DNA of 64,000 nt from NCBI GenBank assembly GCA_041497895.1, contig JBGQHJ010000003.1, positions 13,012 to 77,011 of the forward strand, read 5' to 3'. Under the pieces are notes generated by a model, which was not told where the DNA came from, did not search any database, and worked only from the letters and a program-made list of their open reading frames with translations. This DNA is from Candidatus Methylomirabilia bacterium (lineage in GTDB: Bacteria; Methylomirabilota; Methylomirabilia; Rokubacteriales; CSP1-6). Position numbers and translations under genes: made by a program. This document shows, one piece after another, positions 19,297-27,450 of the stretch; positions within the stretch are counted from its first letter, which is position 1; the number at the start of each line of letters is the position of its first letter.

Positions 19297-19653
19297 ATGC
19301 GTGACCTGGCGCCGGACATCACGCGCCAGCGCCTGCTGATCGAGGGCCACTTCGCCGCCGCGGTCGACCGCCCCGCGGTGGAGCGCTACCTGCTCGGGCT
19401 GGCCGCGCATCTCGACCTCACCACCTACGGCACGCCGGTGATCCACTCGCCGGCCGGAGCCGGAAAGCCCGAGAACCAGGGCTTCGACGCGTTCATCCCC
19501 CTGATCGACTCGGGCATCTCCCTCTACGTCTGGAGCGCGCGACGGTTCTTCGCGGTGGTGCTCTTCACCTGCAAGCGCTTCGACGTGGAGCGCGCCCTCG
19601 AGTTCACGCGGCGTCTGTTCGAGGCGCCCGAGCTCGAGCACCGCTCGTTCTAG
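19297..19653 (+). CDS. S-adenosylmethionine decarboxylase-related (small prokaryotic pyruvoyl-enzyme fold) protein, divergent
   Basis: IPLIDSGISLYVWSARRFFAVVLFTCKRFDVERALEF aligns by eye to the [28 protein letters not shown] region of small AdoMetDCs. Confidence 0.5.
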   Translation: MRDLAPDITRQRLLIEGHFAAAVDRPAVERYLLGLAAHLDLTTYGTPVIHSPAGAGKPENQGFDAFIPLIDSGISLYVWSARRFFAVVLFTCKRFDVERALEFTRRLFEAPELEHRSF

Positions 19654-19660
19654 CGCTCCG

Positions 19661-20350
19661 ATGCCCCACCGGTCCGCGCGAGTGCTCGGCCTGGCGCTCC
19701 TGCTCGCCGCCGCGCCCGCCGCGGCGCAGGTGCCCCCGTCGCCGGAGGAGCGCGCCGGCTACCGCGGGCTCCTGGCCGCGGCCGCGCGCGGCGACGCGGC
19801 CGCGATCCGGACCCTGACCGCGCGCGGGATGAACCCCGACGAGCGCGACGGCCACCGTCGCACCCCACTCCACGTGGCGGCGTACGGCGGCCATCACGAG
19901 GCGATGCGCGCGCTGGTGGCCGCGGGCGCCGATCCCAACGCGCTCGAGCGTGACCGCTACGACATCGTGACCATCGCCGCGGTCGCGGGCGACGTGCCGA
20001 CGCTCGAGACCGCCCTGGCCCTGGGCGGCAGCGCGCGGAACGTCACCAGCCGCTACGACGGCACCGCACTGATCGCGGCCGCCCACCTGGGCCACGCCGA
20101 CGTCGTGCGCGCGCTCATCCGGGCGGGAGCTCCCCTCGACCACGTCAACAACCTGGGCTGGACCGCGCTGATCGAGTCCATCGTCCTGGGCGACGGCGGT
20201 CCCCGGCACACCGACACCCTCACCGCGCTGGTCGCGGCGGGCGCCGACCTCAACCTCGCGGACCGCGGCGGCCGGACGCCGTTGCAGCTCGCGCGGGCCC
20301 GCGGCCACGACGCGATGGCGCGCGTGCTCGAGCGGTCCGGCGCGCGCTGA
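19661..20350 (+). CDS. secreted ankyrin-repeat protein
   Basis: Signal peptide MPHRSARVLGLALLLAAAPAAAQ. Several ANK repeats (TPLHVAAYGGHHEAMRALVAAGADPN, GRTPLQLARARGHDAMARVL). Confidence 0.8.
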   Translation: MPHRSARVLGLALLLAAAPAAAQVPPSPEERAGYRGLLAAAARGDAAAIRTLTARGMNPDERDGHRRTPLHVAAYGGHHEAMRALVAAGADPNALERDRYDIVTIAAVAGDVPTLETALALGGSARNVTSRYDGTALIAAAHLGHADVVRALIRAGAPLDHVNNLGWTALIESIVLGDGGPRHTDTLTALVAAGADLNLADRGGRTPLQLARARGHDAMARVLERSGAR

Positions 20351-20364
20351 AGGGAGATCGCCAC

Positions 20365-21201
20365 ATGGGCAAGCTCGACGGCAAGGTCGCGGTCATCACC
20401 GGGGGAGCCAGCGGCATCGGGGACGCGACGGTCCGGCTCTTCCTCGAGGAGGGCTGTCGCGTGGTGATCGCCGACGTCCAGGACGATCGGGGCGCCCGCC
20501 TCGCCGAGGAGCTGGGAAAGTCGGCCAGCTACCTGCACGCGGACGTGAGCCAGGAGGCCCACGTGAGCGGCGCGATCGCCCACGCGGTCTCGCGCTTCGG
20601 GCGCCTCGACTGCCTCTTCAACAACGCGGGGGCCGGCGGCGTCTCCGGGCCGATCGAGGCGATCCCGGCGGACGGCTTCGATCACACGATCGGCGTGCTC
20701 CTCCGTGGCGTCTTCCTCGGCATGAAGCACGCGGCCCCGATCATGAAGCGCCAGGGCGGGGGCAGCATCATCAGCACCGCGAGCGTGGCCGGGCTGCAGG
20801 CCGGCTACGGGCCGCACGTCTACAGCGCGGCGAAGGCCGCCGTCGTGCACCTGACGCGCTCGGTGGCGATGGAGCTGGGCGAGAGCGGGGTGCGCGTGAA
20901 CTGCATCTGCCCGGGCGGCATCGCCACCCCGATCTTCGGCTCGGCCCTGGGCCTCGCCGGGCCGGAGGCGGATCGCGTCGCCGAGCTGATGAAGACGCTC
21001 CTGGCCGCCCGCCAGCCGATCCATCGCGCGGGCCTGCCCGAGGACATCGCGCGCGCGGCGCTCTGGCTCGCGAGCGAGGACTCGAGCTTCGTGAACGGCC
21101 ACGCCCTGATCGTGGACGGCGGCCTCACCGGTGGCCGCATGTGGTCGGTGGTCCAGGAGCAGCGGCAGCAGCTGCGCGCCGCGCTAGGTCTCGGCGACTA
21201 G
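20365..21201 (+). CDS. SDR family oxidoreductase
   Basis: TGGASGIG, NNAG, catalytic YSAAK. Confidence 0.9.
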   Translation: MGKLDGKVAVITGGASGIGDATVRLFLEEGCRVVIADVQDDRGARLAEELGKSASYLHADVSQEAHVSGAIAHAVSRFGRLDCLFNNAGAGGVSGPIEAIPADGFDHTIGVLLRGVFLGMKHAAPIMKRQGGGSIISTASVAGLQAGYGPHVYSAAKAAVVHLTRSVAMELGESGVRVNCICPGGIATPIFGSALGLAGPEADRVAELMKTLLAARQPIHRAGLPEDIARAALWLASEDSSFVNGHALIVDGGLTGGRMWSVVQEQRQQLRAALGLGD

Positions 21202-21206
21202 CCGCG

Positions 21207-21386
21207 ATGTCCGGCGCCGGGATCCGCCCCCAGCCGCCGATCGCGGCGCGCGACGTACCGGCCAGCAGCCGCTGGTACCAGCGGCTCCTCGTCCTGCTGT
21301 GGCTCCAGGCCGGCGATTTCGAGATCTGGCGGCGCGATCCGGAGGGCTACGTCGTCGTGCTGGCCAGCGCCTGCGGCGACCTCTGA
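21207..21386 (+). pseudogene. VOC/glyoxalase family remnant with internal deletion
   Basis: 59-aa ORF. N-terminus IAARDVPASSRWYQRLL (typical VOC beta1-alpha1) is joined directly to a C-terminal-type FEIWRRDPEGYVVVL; the roughly 60-70 middle residues are missing. Confidence 0.45.
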
Positions 21387-21401
21387 CACGAGGAGCCGCT
21401 C

Positions 21402-21674
21402 ATGCTCTACATGGTCATCGAGTACTTCAACGCGGGCGCCGCGGCCGAGATCTATCGCCGGGCGCGCGAGAAGGGGCGCCAGCTCCCGCCCGGCCTCGAG
21501 TACGTCGACAGCTGGGTGGATCTCGACTACTTCCGCTGCTTCCAGCTCATGCGCACCGACGACCGGTCGCTCTTCGACGCCTGGATCGCGGCGTGGGGCG
21601 ACCTCGGGCACTTCGAGATCATCCCGGTGCGCACCTCGGCCGAGGCGGCCCGGCACATCGCGGAGCGAGGCTGA
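21402..21674 (+). CDS. DUF3303 family protein
   Basis: MLYMVIEYF...YVDSWVDLDYFRCFQLMRTDD..FEIIPV. GAGGAG RBS. Confidence 0.65.
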   Translation: MLYMVIEYFNAGAAAEIYRRAREKGRQLPPGLEYVDSWVDLDYFRCFQLMRTDDRSLFDAWIAAWGDLGHFEIIPVRTSAEAARHIAERG

Positions 21675-21701
21675 GCCGCCCGTGCCCGAGAGGACCTGCT
21701 G

Positions 21702-22067
21702 ATGCCGGTGGTCGGGGTCGATCACGTGCAGCTCGCGATGCCGGCCGGGCGCGAGGCCGAGGCGCGCGCCTTCTACGGAGGACTGCTCGGCATCCCGGAG
21801 ATCGCGAAGCCGCCCGTGCTCGCCGCGCGCGGCGGTGCATGGTTCGAGCGCGGGCGCCTCAAGATCCACCTGGGCGTCGACCGCAACTTCCGCCCCGCGC
21901 AGAAGGCCCACCCCGGGCTCCTGGTGGACGACCTCGCCGGGCTGATCGAGCGCCTCCGCACCGCCGGCCACGCGATCGTCGACGACGAGCCGCTCGAGGG
22001 CTATCTCCGCGTCTACGTCGACGACCCGTTCGGCAATCGGCTGGAGCTGATGGAGCCCCGTCCTTGA
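21702..22067 (+). CDS. VOC family protein (glyoxalase/bleomycin resistance/dioxygenase fold)
   Basis: VDHVQLAMPAG.E..ARAFYGGLLG, HPGLLVDDL, DDPFGNRLELME. Confidence 0.8.
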   Translation: MPVVGVDHVQLAMPAGREAEARAFYGGLLGIPEIAKPPVLAARGGAWFERGRLKIHLGVDRNFRPAQKAHPGLLVDDLAGLIERLRTAGHAIVDDEPLEGYLRVYVDDPFGNRLELMEPRP

Positions 22068-22072
22068 CCCGC

Positions 22073-22630
22073 GTGACCCACGACGGCCGGCGCTGGAGCA
22101 ACGCGGAGGAGGATCGGGTCGACCTGGTCGACTACGACCCGCGCTGGCCCTCGACGTTCGAGGCGGAGGCCGGGCGCCTCCGGACCGTCCTGATCGGCCT
22201 CGATCTCGGCCCGTTCCGCCTCGAGCACTTCGGCAGCACCGCGATCCCCGGGATCGCGGCCAAGCCGATCATCGACATCATGCTGGTCGCGGCCGACCGG
22301 TCCCGCTGGCCGGGCGTGATCGAGCCCATCCGGAGCCTCGACTACGTCTACTGGGCCGACAACCCGCGCCACGACCGGATGTTCTTCGTCAAGGGCATGC
22401 CGCCGTTCGGGACGGGCCGCACCCATCACGTCCACGTCCGTACCCCCGACGACGCGCGCCCCGCCCTCGTCTTCTGCGAGTACCTGCGCCGGCATCCCGA
22501 CGCGGCCGCGCGCTACGTGCGGCTGAAGCAGGAGCTGCAAGCCCGCCATCCGACGGACCGCGAGGCGTACACCGCGGGCAAGGCGGAGCTCGTGGCCGAG
22601 ATCGTGCGGGAGGCGGACGCCGGCCTCTAG
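22073..22630 (+). CDS. GrpB family protein
   Basis: VDYDPRWP..F..E, EHFGSTAIPG..AKPIIDI, HHVHV. Start is GTG 22073 or TTG 22064 (the TTG overlaps the upstream stop). Confidence 0.8.
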   Translation: MTHDGRRWSNAEEDRVDLVDYDPRWPSTFEAEAGRLRTVLIGLDLGPFRLEHFGSTAIPGIAAKPIIDIMLVAADRSRWPGVIEPIRSLDYVYWADNPRHDRMFFVKGMPPFGTGRTHHVHVRTPDDARPALVFCEYLRRHPDAAARYVRLKQELQARHPTDREAYTAGKAELVAEIVREADAGL

Positions 22631-23358
22631 CCGCCCAGCACCCGCTTCTCGTAGATCGCGCTCAGGATCTCGTCGATGCCCGCGCTGGCCCACAGGTCGA
22701 AGAAGGGCGAGGCCTGCATCGCGGCGAACTCCTTCATGCCGCGATCCCGCGCCTGCTCCGGACTCTCCCCCGCGCGCGCCGCCTGCTGGTGGCCGCGGAC
22801 GCGGTCCTTGTGGTAAATCGCCGGGTACTCGATGTAACGGCACAGCTCCTGGAAGTCCTTGGTGTAGACCGCCACCACCGGCACCGAGGCCCACTCCCCG
22901 CCGTCCTTGGCGTTCAGGAACTCGAGCATGAGGTCGTGGTTACCGTCCGGGTAGGCGGCTGGGTCGGGCCGGCGCTTGCCGAGGATCTTCTGGCCGTCGC
23001 GGTCGAAGATGCGGAGCGCGAGCCCGCCCGCCTCGGCCAGCCGGGCCATCGCGGGCACGTCGCGCCGGCAGTCGGAGGACCAGTCCTCGGAGATCGCCAG
23101 GATGTTGGCGGGGCCGCCGGGCTGGGCCGCGAGCCACTTGATGGCCGCAACCTGGTAGTCGGCCAGCCGGGTCCGCGCGTAGCGCTCGCGGAGCACCGCG
23201 CTGTTGTCCTTGCGCGCGATCCCGATCGCGCCGCCGTCCGGGTAGTAGCTGCCGAAGGCCTCGCGCGCGAGATTCTGCGCGCCGCCCGCGTACGCCACGT
23301 ACTGATCGAACGTCATCCCCTTGGCGAATCGCTCCGCCGTCACCACGCTCTTGGCCAT
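22627..23358 (-). CDS. thioredoxin-fold protein, unknown function
   Basis: Internal Met (MAKSVVTAERF) of ORF 22627..23745 with GGAGGA RBS. ILAISEDWSSDCRRDVP resembles a thioredoxin-like active-site region with a single Cys. Confidence 0.6.
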   Translation of the reverse strand: MAKSVVTAERFAKGMTFDQYVAYAGGAQNLAREAFGSYYPDGGAIGIARKDNSAVLRERYARTRLADYQVAAIKWLAAQPGGPANILAISEDWSSDCRRDVPAMARLAEAGGLALRIFDRDGQKILGKRRPDPAAYPDGNHDLMLEFLNAKDGGEWASVPVVAVYTKDFQELCRYIEYPAIYHKDRVRGHQQAARAGESPEQARDRGMKEFAAMQASPFFDLWASAGIDEILSAIYEKRVLGG

Positions 23359-23416
23359 GGTCTCCTCCTCGAGGTCCAGATGATACCCTGTTGCCCAGCG
23401 AGGAGGGAGGCCCTTC

Positions 23417-23659
23417 ATGCTCGAGCTACGACCGGGCTGTGAGTGCTGCGACCGCGACCTGCCGCCGGACTCGGACGAGGCGCGCGTGTGCTCGTTCGAG
23501 TGCACCTTCTGCCGCGCATGCGCGGAAGCCGTGCTCCGCGGCCGCTGCCCCAACTGCGGCGGCGAGCTCGTGCCCCGCCCGCGGCGCCCCGCCGACAAGC
23601 TGGCGAAGTTCCCCGCGTCGACCACGCGGGTGCACAAGCCGGCGGGCTGCCGGGGTTGA
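23417..23659 (+). CDS. DUF1272 zinc-ribbon protein
   Basis: MLELRPGCECCDRDLPPDS.EARVCSFECTFCRACAE..L.G.CPNCGGEL. Confidence 0.7.
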   Translation: MLELRPGCECCDRDLPPDSDEARVCSFECTFCRACAEAVLRGRCPNCGGELVPRPRRPADKLAKFPASTTRVHKPAGCRG

Positions 23660-23683
23660 CGCGCGCCCACCCGGTCGGCCCGG

Positions 23684-24046
23684 ATGCCTGACGCGCCGCC
23701 GGTCTTCCGTCGCGCGCGGGCCGGGGACGTGCCCGCGATCGTCAACCTGCTCGCCGACGATCCGCTGGGCCGGACGCGGGAGCGCGACGAGGATCCGCTG
23801 CCGTCGTCCTACCGGGAGGCCTTCGCCGCCATCGACCGCGACCCGAATCAAGAGCCGATCGTCGCTTGCCGGGGCACGGAGGTGGTCGGCGCGCTGTTCG
23901 AGTGGGCCATCGCGCGGCAGACTGCTCAAAAAGGTCCAGCTGCGAGGCGGCGCCGGTCGGCTGTACGCGAGGCGTACTCTCCGTACGTTGAGCGTGCGGC
24001 CGCGGGCGCCAACGAAGCAGATGGGCCTTTTTCAGCAGCCTGCTAG
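23684..24046 (+). pseudogene. GNAT acetyltransferase remnant, 3' half replaced by a hairpin element
   Basis: The first ~75 aa are GNAT-like (FRRARAGDVPAIVNLLADDPLG...AFAAIDRDPNQEPIV). No Q/R-x-x-G-x-G/A acetyl-CoA motif. The last ~43 codons are read out of the repeat at 23917-24043. Confidence 0.55.
23917..24043. repeat. 127-bp hairpin element with 27-nt imperfect terminal inverted repeats (MITE-like)
   Basis: GCAGACTGCTCAAAAAGGTCCAGCTGC (23917-23943) matches the reverse complement of 24017-24043, GCAGGCTGCTGAAAAAGGCCCATCTGC, at 23/27. The A5/T5 runs are atypical for this DNA. Confidence 0.6.
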
Positions 24047-24050
24047 CCGC

Positions 24051-24707
24051 TCAGATCACCACCAGGCCGCGCCGCATCCCGATCGTCACCGCCTCGGTGC
24101 GGCTGCCCGCGCCGAGCTTGGCCAGGATCGACGCCACGTGGAACTTCGCGGTGTGCGTCGAGATCCCGAGGCGCGACGCGATCGTCTTGTTGCCGAGGCC
24201 CTCGGCCAGCATGCCCAGCACCTCGATCTCGCGCGCGGTGAGCGGCTGGGCCGGATCGGCGGAGTCCCGTGCGGGCTGCGCCTCGCGCCGCGAGCGCGGC
24301 CCGCGCGCGGCATCGAGCGCATCGGCCAGCGCGTCTGGATGGAGCACCACCAGGCCCGCGACCACCGCGTCGATCGCGGCCAGGATCTCGCCCGAGGTGG
24401 CGTCGCGCGGCAGCACCGCGCGGACCAGGCCGCGCTCCACCGCGAGGTCGGCGCGCGCGCGCCGCGGCGCGTCCGTCAGCACCACGAGCGCAGCCGCCGC
24501 CGACTCGGGCAGCTCGGCCAGCCGGCCGTCGAGCCGCCCGCCGTCGAGGTCGAGGAGCACCACGTCCGGGCGCAGGACCTGCAGCTGCCGCGCGAGCGGG
24601 ACGTCGGGCGACCCCGAGACGAGGCGGAGCGCGCGCGAGGCGGCCACCACCGCCTCGAGCCGGGCCCGCGCGGACGCGCGCGCCGCCGCCACCAGCACGG
24701 TGGTCAC
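24051..24707 (-). CDS. LuxR/NarL-type regulator with degenerate (pseudo-)receiver domain
   Basis: C-terminal LuxR HTH LTAREIEVLGMLAEGLGNKTIASRLGISTHTAKFHVASILAKLG. The N-terminal receiver-like fold lacks the DD acidic pair (VLVAAARAS) and the conserved Lys. Confidence 0.8.
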   Translation of the reverse strand: MTTVLVAAARASARARLEAVVAASRALRLVSGSPDVPLARQLQVLRPDVVLLDLDGGRLDGRLAELPESAAAALVVLTDAPRRARADLAVERGLVRAVLPRDATSGEILAAIDAVVAGLVVLHPDALADALDAARGPRSRREAQPARDSADPAQPLTAREIEVLGMLAEGLGNKTIASRLGISTHTAKFHVASILAKLGAGSRTEAVTIGMRRGLVVI

Positions 24708-24711
24708 GGCC

Positions 24712-25299
24712 TCAGCCCCGCAGCTGCTCCCGCACGAACTGCCGCGCCTCGCGGCTCGGCACCGCCACCGCGAGCCCGCCCACGATCATCGCGTTGAGCC
24801 CGACCACGTGGCCCTGCGCGTCGGCGAGCGGGCCGCCGGAGTTGCCGGGGGCCAGGCGGAGATCGGCGTGGATCGCGCGCGGCCCGACCGCGTGCACCAG
24901 GCCGGCCGAGAGGGCGCGCACCAGCCCGAGGGGGTTGCCGACCGCGAGCACCAGCTCGCCGACCCGGAGCGCGCCCGAGTCGCCGATCCGGGCCGCGGGC
25001 AGATCGGTCGCGTCCACCACCAGCGCGGCGAGATCGCGCCGCACGTCGCGCGCCACCAGCCGCGCTCGCCGTGCCCCGCCGTCGGCGAGCACCACCGTGA
25101 CGTCGCCCGAGGCCACGTGGGCATTGGTCAGGATGAGGCCGTCCGGGTGCCAGACGACACCCGCGCCCACCGCCCCGCCCGCCGCGCCGCGGCCGCGGCC
25201 CCGCACCTCCACCGTGACGCGGCCCAGCCGCGCGGCCAGGCCCGCCGCGGCCGCGGCGAGCGGCTCGGGCGCCGCGTCGACGGTCGCGGTCGGGCTCAC
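24712..25299 (-). CDS. trypsin-like (S1C) serine protease, protease domain only, no signal peptide
   Basis: Triad contexts TNAHV, RDLAAL, GNSGGPL. GTGA overlap with the upstream gene. Confidence 0.75.
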   Translation of the reverse strand: MSPTATVDAAPEPLAAAAAGLAARLGRVTVEVRGRGRGAAGGAVGAGVVWHPDGLILTNAHVASGDVTVVLADGGARRARLVARDVRRDLAALVVDATDLPAARIGDSGALRVGELVLAVGNPLGLVRALSAGLVHAVGPRAIHADLRLAPGNSGGPLADAQGHVVGLNAMIVGGLAVAVPSREARQFVREQLRG

Positions 25300-26198
25300 G
25301 ACGCGCCCCGGCGCGGGCGCTCGCCGACCGTGACCCGCAGCTCCACCCGCGCCCCCGCGCGTACCACCAGCGCGCTGACCGCGGTGCCGACGCGATCCCC
25401 CCCGAGCCGCGCCTGCACGTCCTCCAGGTCGCCGGTGGGCACGCCGTCGAGCGCCACCAGCACGTCGCCCAGCATCAGGCCCGCCCGCGCCGCCGGACCG
25501 TCGGGCTCCACCATCACGACGATGAGCCCGCCGTCGCCGGGCAGGCCGAGCCCGGCGCGGAGCGGCTCGGGCAGCCGCACCGGCTGCATGCCGATGCCCA
25601 GGTAGCCCCGCGAGACGTGACCCTTCCGGGTGAGCTCGTCGACCACCCGGGCCACCGTCGTCACCGGCAGGGCGAGCCGGCTCTCGCGGGTGAGGCCGGA
25701 GGTGTTCAGCCCGACCACGCGGCCGCCCGCGTCGACCAGCGGCCCGCCCGAGAACCCCGGGTACAGCACGAGGTCGAGCCGGACCAGGCGGTCGATCTCG
25801 CCGCCGCGCCAGGTCCGCCAGCGCGGGCCGAGCGCGCTGATCACACCCCAGCTCGCGCGGGGCCCGTAGCCGAGCGCCAGCACCATGTGGCCGACGCGGA
25901 GCGCGGCGTCGTCGCCGAGCGCGGCGGGGGCGGAGTCGAGGTCCGCGGCGCGCAGCACCGCCAGGTCGGAGCCGGGATCGCGGCCGACGAGGACGGCGGG
26001 ACGCGCGCGGCCGTCCGCGGTCTCGACCGTGATGCCGTCCTCGGCCCGAACCGTGTGATCGGCGGTGACCACGATGCCGGGACGCCAGTGGATGCCGGTG
26101 GACGGCAGGCGCCGGCGCGCGTGCACGGCCACGATGGACGGAGCCACGCGCTCCACCGCACCGGCCAGGTCGTTCGAGAGCGAGAGCAAGGCTTCCAT
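25296..26198 (-). CDS. HtrA-like S1C serine protease with C-terminal PDZ domain, no signal peptide
   Basis: Internal Met (MEALLSLSNDL) with GAGGAGGA RBS. TADHTV, DLAVLR, GFSGGPL. PDZ-like GYLGIG...GLIVVMVEPDGPAARAGLMLGDVLVALDG. Confidence 0.8.
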   Translation of the reverse strand: MEALLSLSNDLAGAVERVAPSIVAVHARRRLPSTGIHWRPGIVVTADHTVRAEDGITVETADGRARPAVLVGRDPGSDLAVLRAADLDSAPAALGDDAALRVGHMVLALGYGPRASWGVISALGPRWRTWRGGEIDRLVRLDLVLYPGFSGGPLVDAGGRVVGLNTSGLTRESRLALPVTTVARVVDELTRKGHVSRGYLGIGMQPVRLPEPLRAGLGLPGDGGLIVVMVEPDGPAARAGLMLGDVLVALDGVPTGDLEDVQARLGGDRVGTAVSALVVRAGARVELRVTVGERPRRGAS

Positions 26199-26304
26199 TC
26201 GTATCCTCCTCACGGGTTGAGGTGCGACCCCAGCATGCCGGAGGCGGAACGGGGAGACATCAGCCGAATGGCCAGGTCGGGACCCGGCCGGATGGCCGGG
26301 CGTG

Positions 26305-27450
26305 CTAGCGGGCCACCAGCGCCGGGCCGGGCCGCGCGCCGACCCGGTCGAGGGCCTCGAAGAAGCGCTCGACGTCGTCTCCGTCGCAGTGCACGTGCGG
26401 CGAGACGCGGATGCGCCCCTCGCCGCCCCACACCAGCACGCGCAGGGCGGCGAGCCGCCCGGCGAGCCCGGCCGCGTCGGCGGCCAGGAAGCACACGTTG
26501 CCCGCGCGCTCCGCGGGCGCCTCCGGCGTGAGGACCGTGAAGCCCCGCGAGCGGAGCCCCTCGATCAGCCGGCCGCCCAGACCGACCGCGTGCCGCTCCA
26601 CCGCCTCGGCCGCGAGACCCTCGAGTCGCGCGAGCGCGTTGTCGAGCACGGCCAGGCCGAGCAGGCTCGGGTTGCCCGCCTCGAGCCGCGAGGCATCGGA
26701 TCGCCAGCGCATCGCGAGCGGATCGCCGGGGCCGCCGCGGTGGCCGACGCTGTGCCAGCCCACGGTGGCGGGCACCAGCTCCCCGACGCGCCGGGCGCAG
26801 TAGCCGAAGAGGCCCACGCCGTGGGTGGCGAGCAGCCACTTGTAGCAGGCCGACACCACGAAGTCGCACACGCCGCCCGGCACCGGCACCACCCCGGCCG
26901 CGTGGGTGGCGTCGACGGCCAGGCGCGCGCCGACCGTGTGGGCGATGTCGGCGCAGCGGGCCAGATCGAGCCGCTGCCCGGTGAGGTAGCTCACCTGGCT
27001 CACCAGCACCAGGCGCGTCCGCCGGTCGACCTGCGCCGCGAGATCGTCGAGCGAGAGGTAGTGATCGCGCGTGCGGACCACGCGCGGCTCCACCCCGCGC
27101 TCGCGCAGCACCGCGGCCGGGTAGATGAGCGACGGGTACTCGAGATCGGCGAACACCACGTTGTCGCCGGCGCCCCATTCCACCGAGCGCACCGCCTGGT
27201 TCAGCCCTTCGGAGGCGTGGGCGAGGAAGGCGACCTCGGCGGTCTCCACCCCCAGGATCCGGGCCGCGCGGGCCCGGGCCCGCTCCCCGGTCACGAACAT
27301 CTCCTCGCGGCCCGCCATGCCGGCGCTCTTGAGCGCGCCGAAGCGCGCGCAGGCCTCCGTGTGCGAGGCGAGCCACGGGGCCTCGCCCCCGGTGCAGAGG
27401 TGCGCCACCCCGTCCAGCCCGACGAACTCCCGCTTGTCGATGAGCGCCAC
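26305..27450 (-). CDS. aminotransferase class V-fold PLP-dependent enzyme (cysteine desulfurase / isopenicillin-N epimerase-like)
   Basis: GTG start at 27450 preceded by GAGGAGGA. LVLVSQVSYLTGQRLD, AVDATHAAG, SACYKWLL (PLP Lys context). Confidence 0.8.
   Translation of the reverse strand: MALIDKREFVGLDGVAHLCTGGEAPWLASHTEACARFGALKSAGMAGREEMFVTGERARARAARILGVETAEVAFLAHASEGLNQAVRSVEWGAGDNVVFADLEYPSLIYPAAVLRERGVEPRVVRTRDHYLSLDDLAAQVDRRTRLVLVSQVSYLTGQRLDLARCADIAHTVGARLAVDATHAAGVVPVPGGVCDFVVSACYKWLLATHGVGLFGYCARRVGELVPATVGWHSVGHRGGPGDPLAMRWRSDASRLEAGNPSLLGLAVLDNALARLEGLAAEAVERHAVGLGGRLIEGLRSRGFTVLTPEAPAERAGNVCFLAADAAGLAGRLAALRVLVWGGEGRIRVSPHVHCDGDDVERFFEALDRVGARPGPALVAR

Noticed and set aside
23917-24043. 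Hairpin element as a retron msr/msd or a group II intron fragment
   Set aside because: No reverse transcriptase or maturase ORF lies nearby, and no conserved intron domain V-like motif was recognised.
23391-25605. 468-aa and 502-aa plus-strand ORFs over the LuxR/protease operon
   Set aside because: They are antisense to genes with clear HTH and catalytic-triad motifs. Their compositions are Arg/Ala/Pro-rich.
26283-26300. 7-bp GC hairpin (CCCGGCC-GGAT-GGCCGGG) just after the aminotransferase stop, as an intrinsic terminator
   Set aside because: It has no U-tract and a very short stem, and such palindromes are frequent in this GC-rich DNA. It is not reported as a feature.
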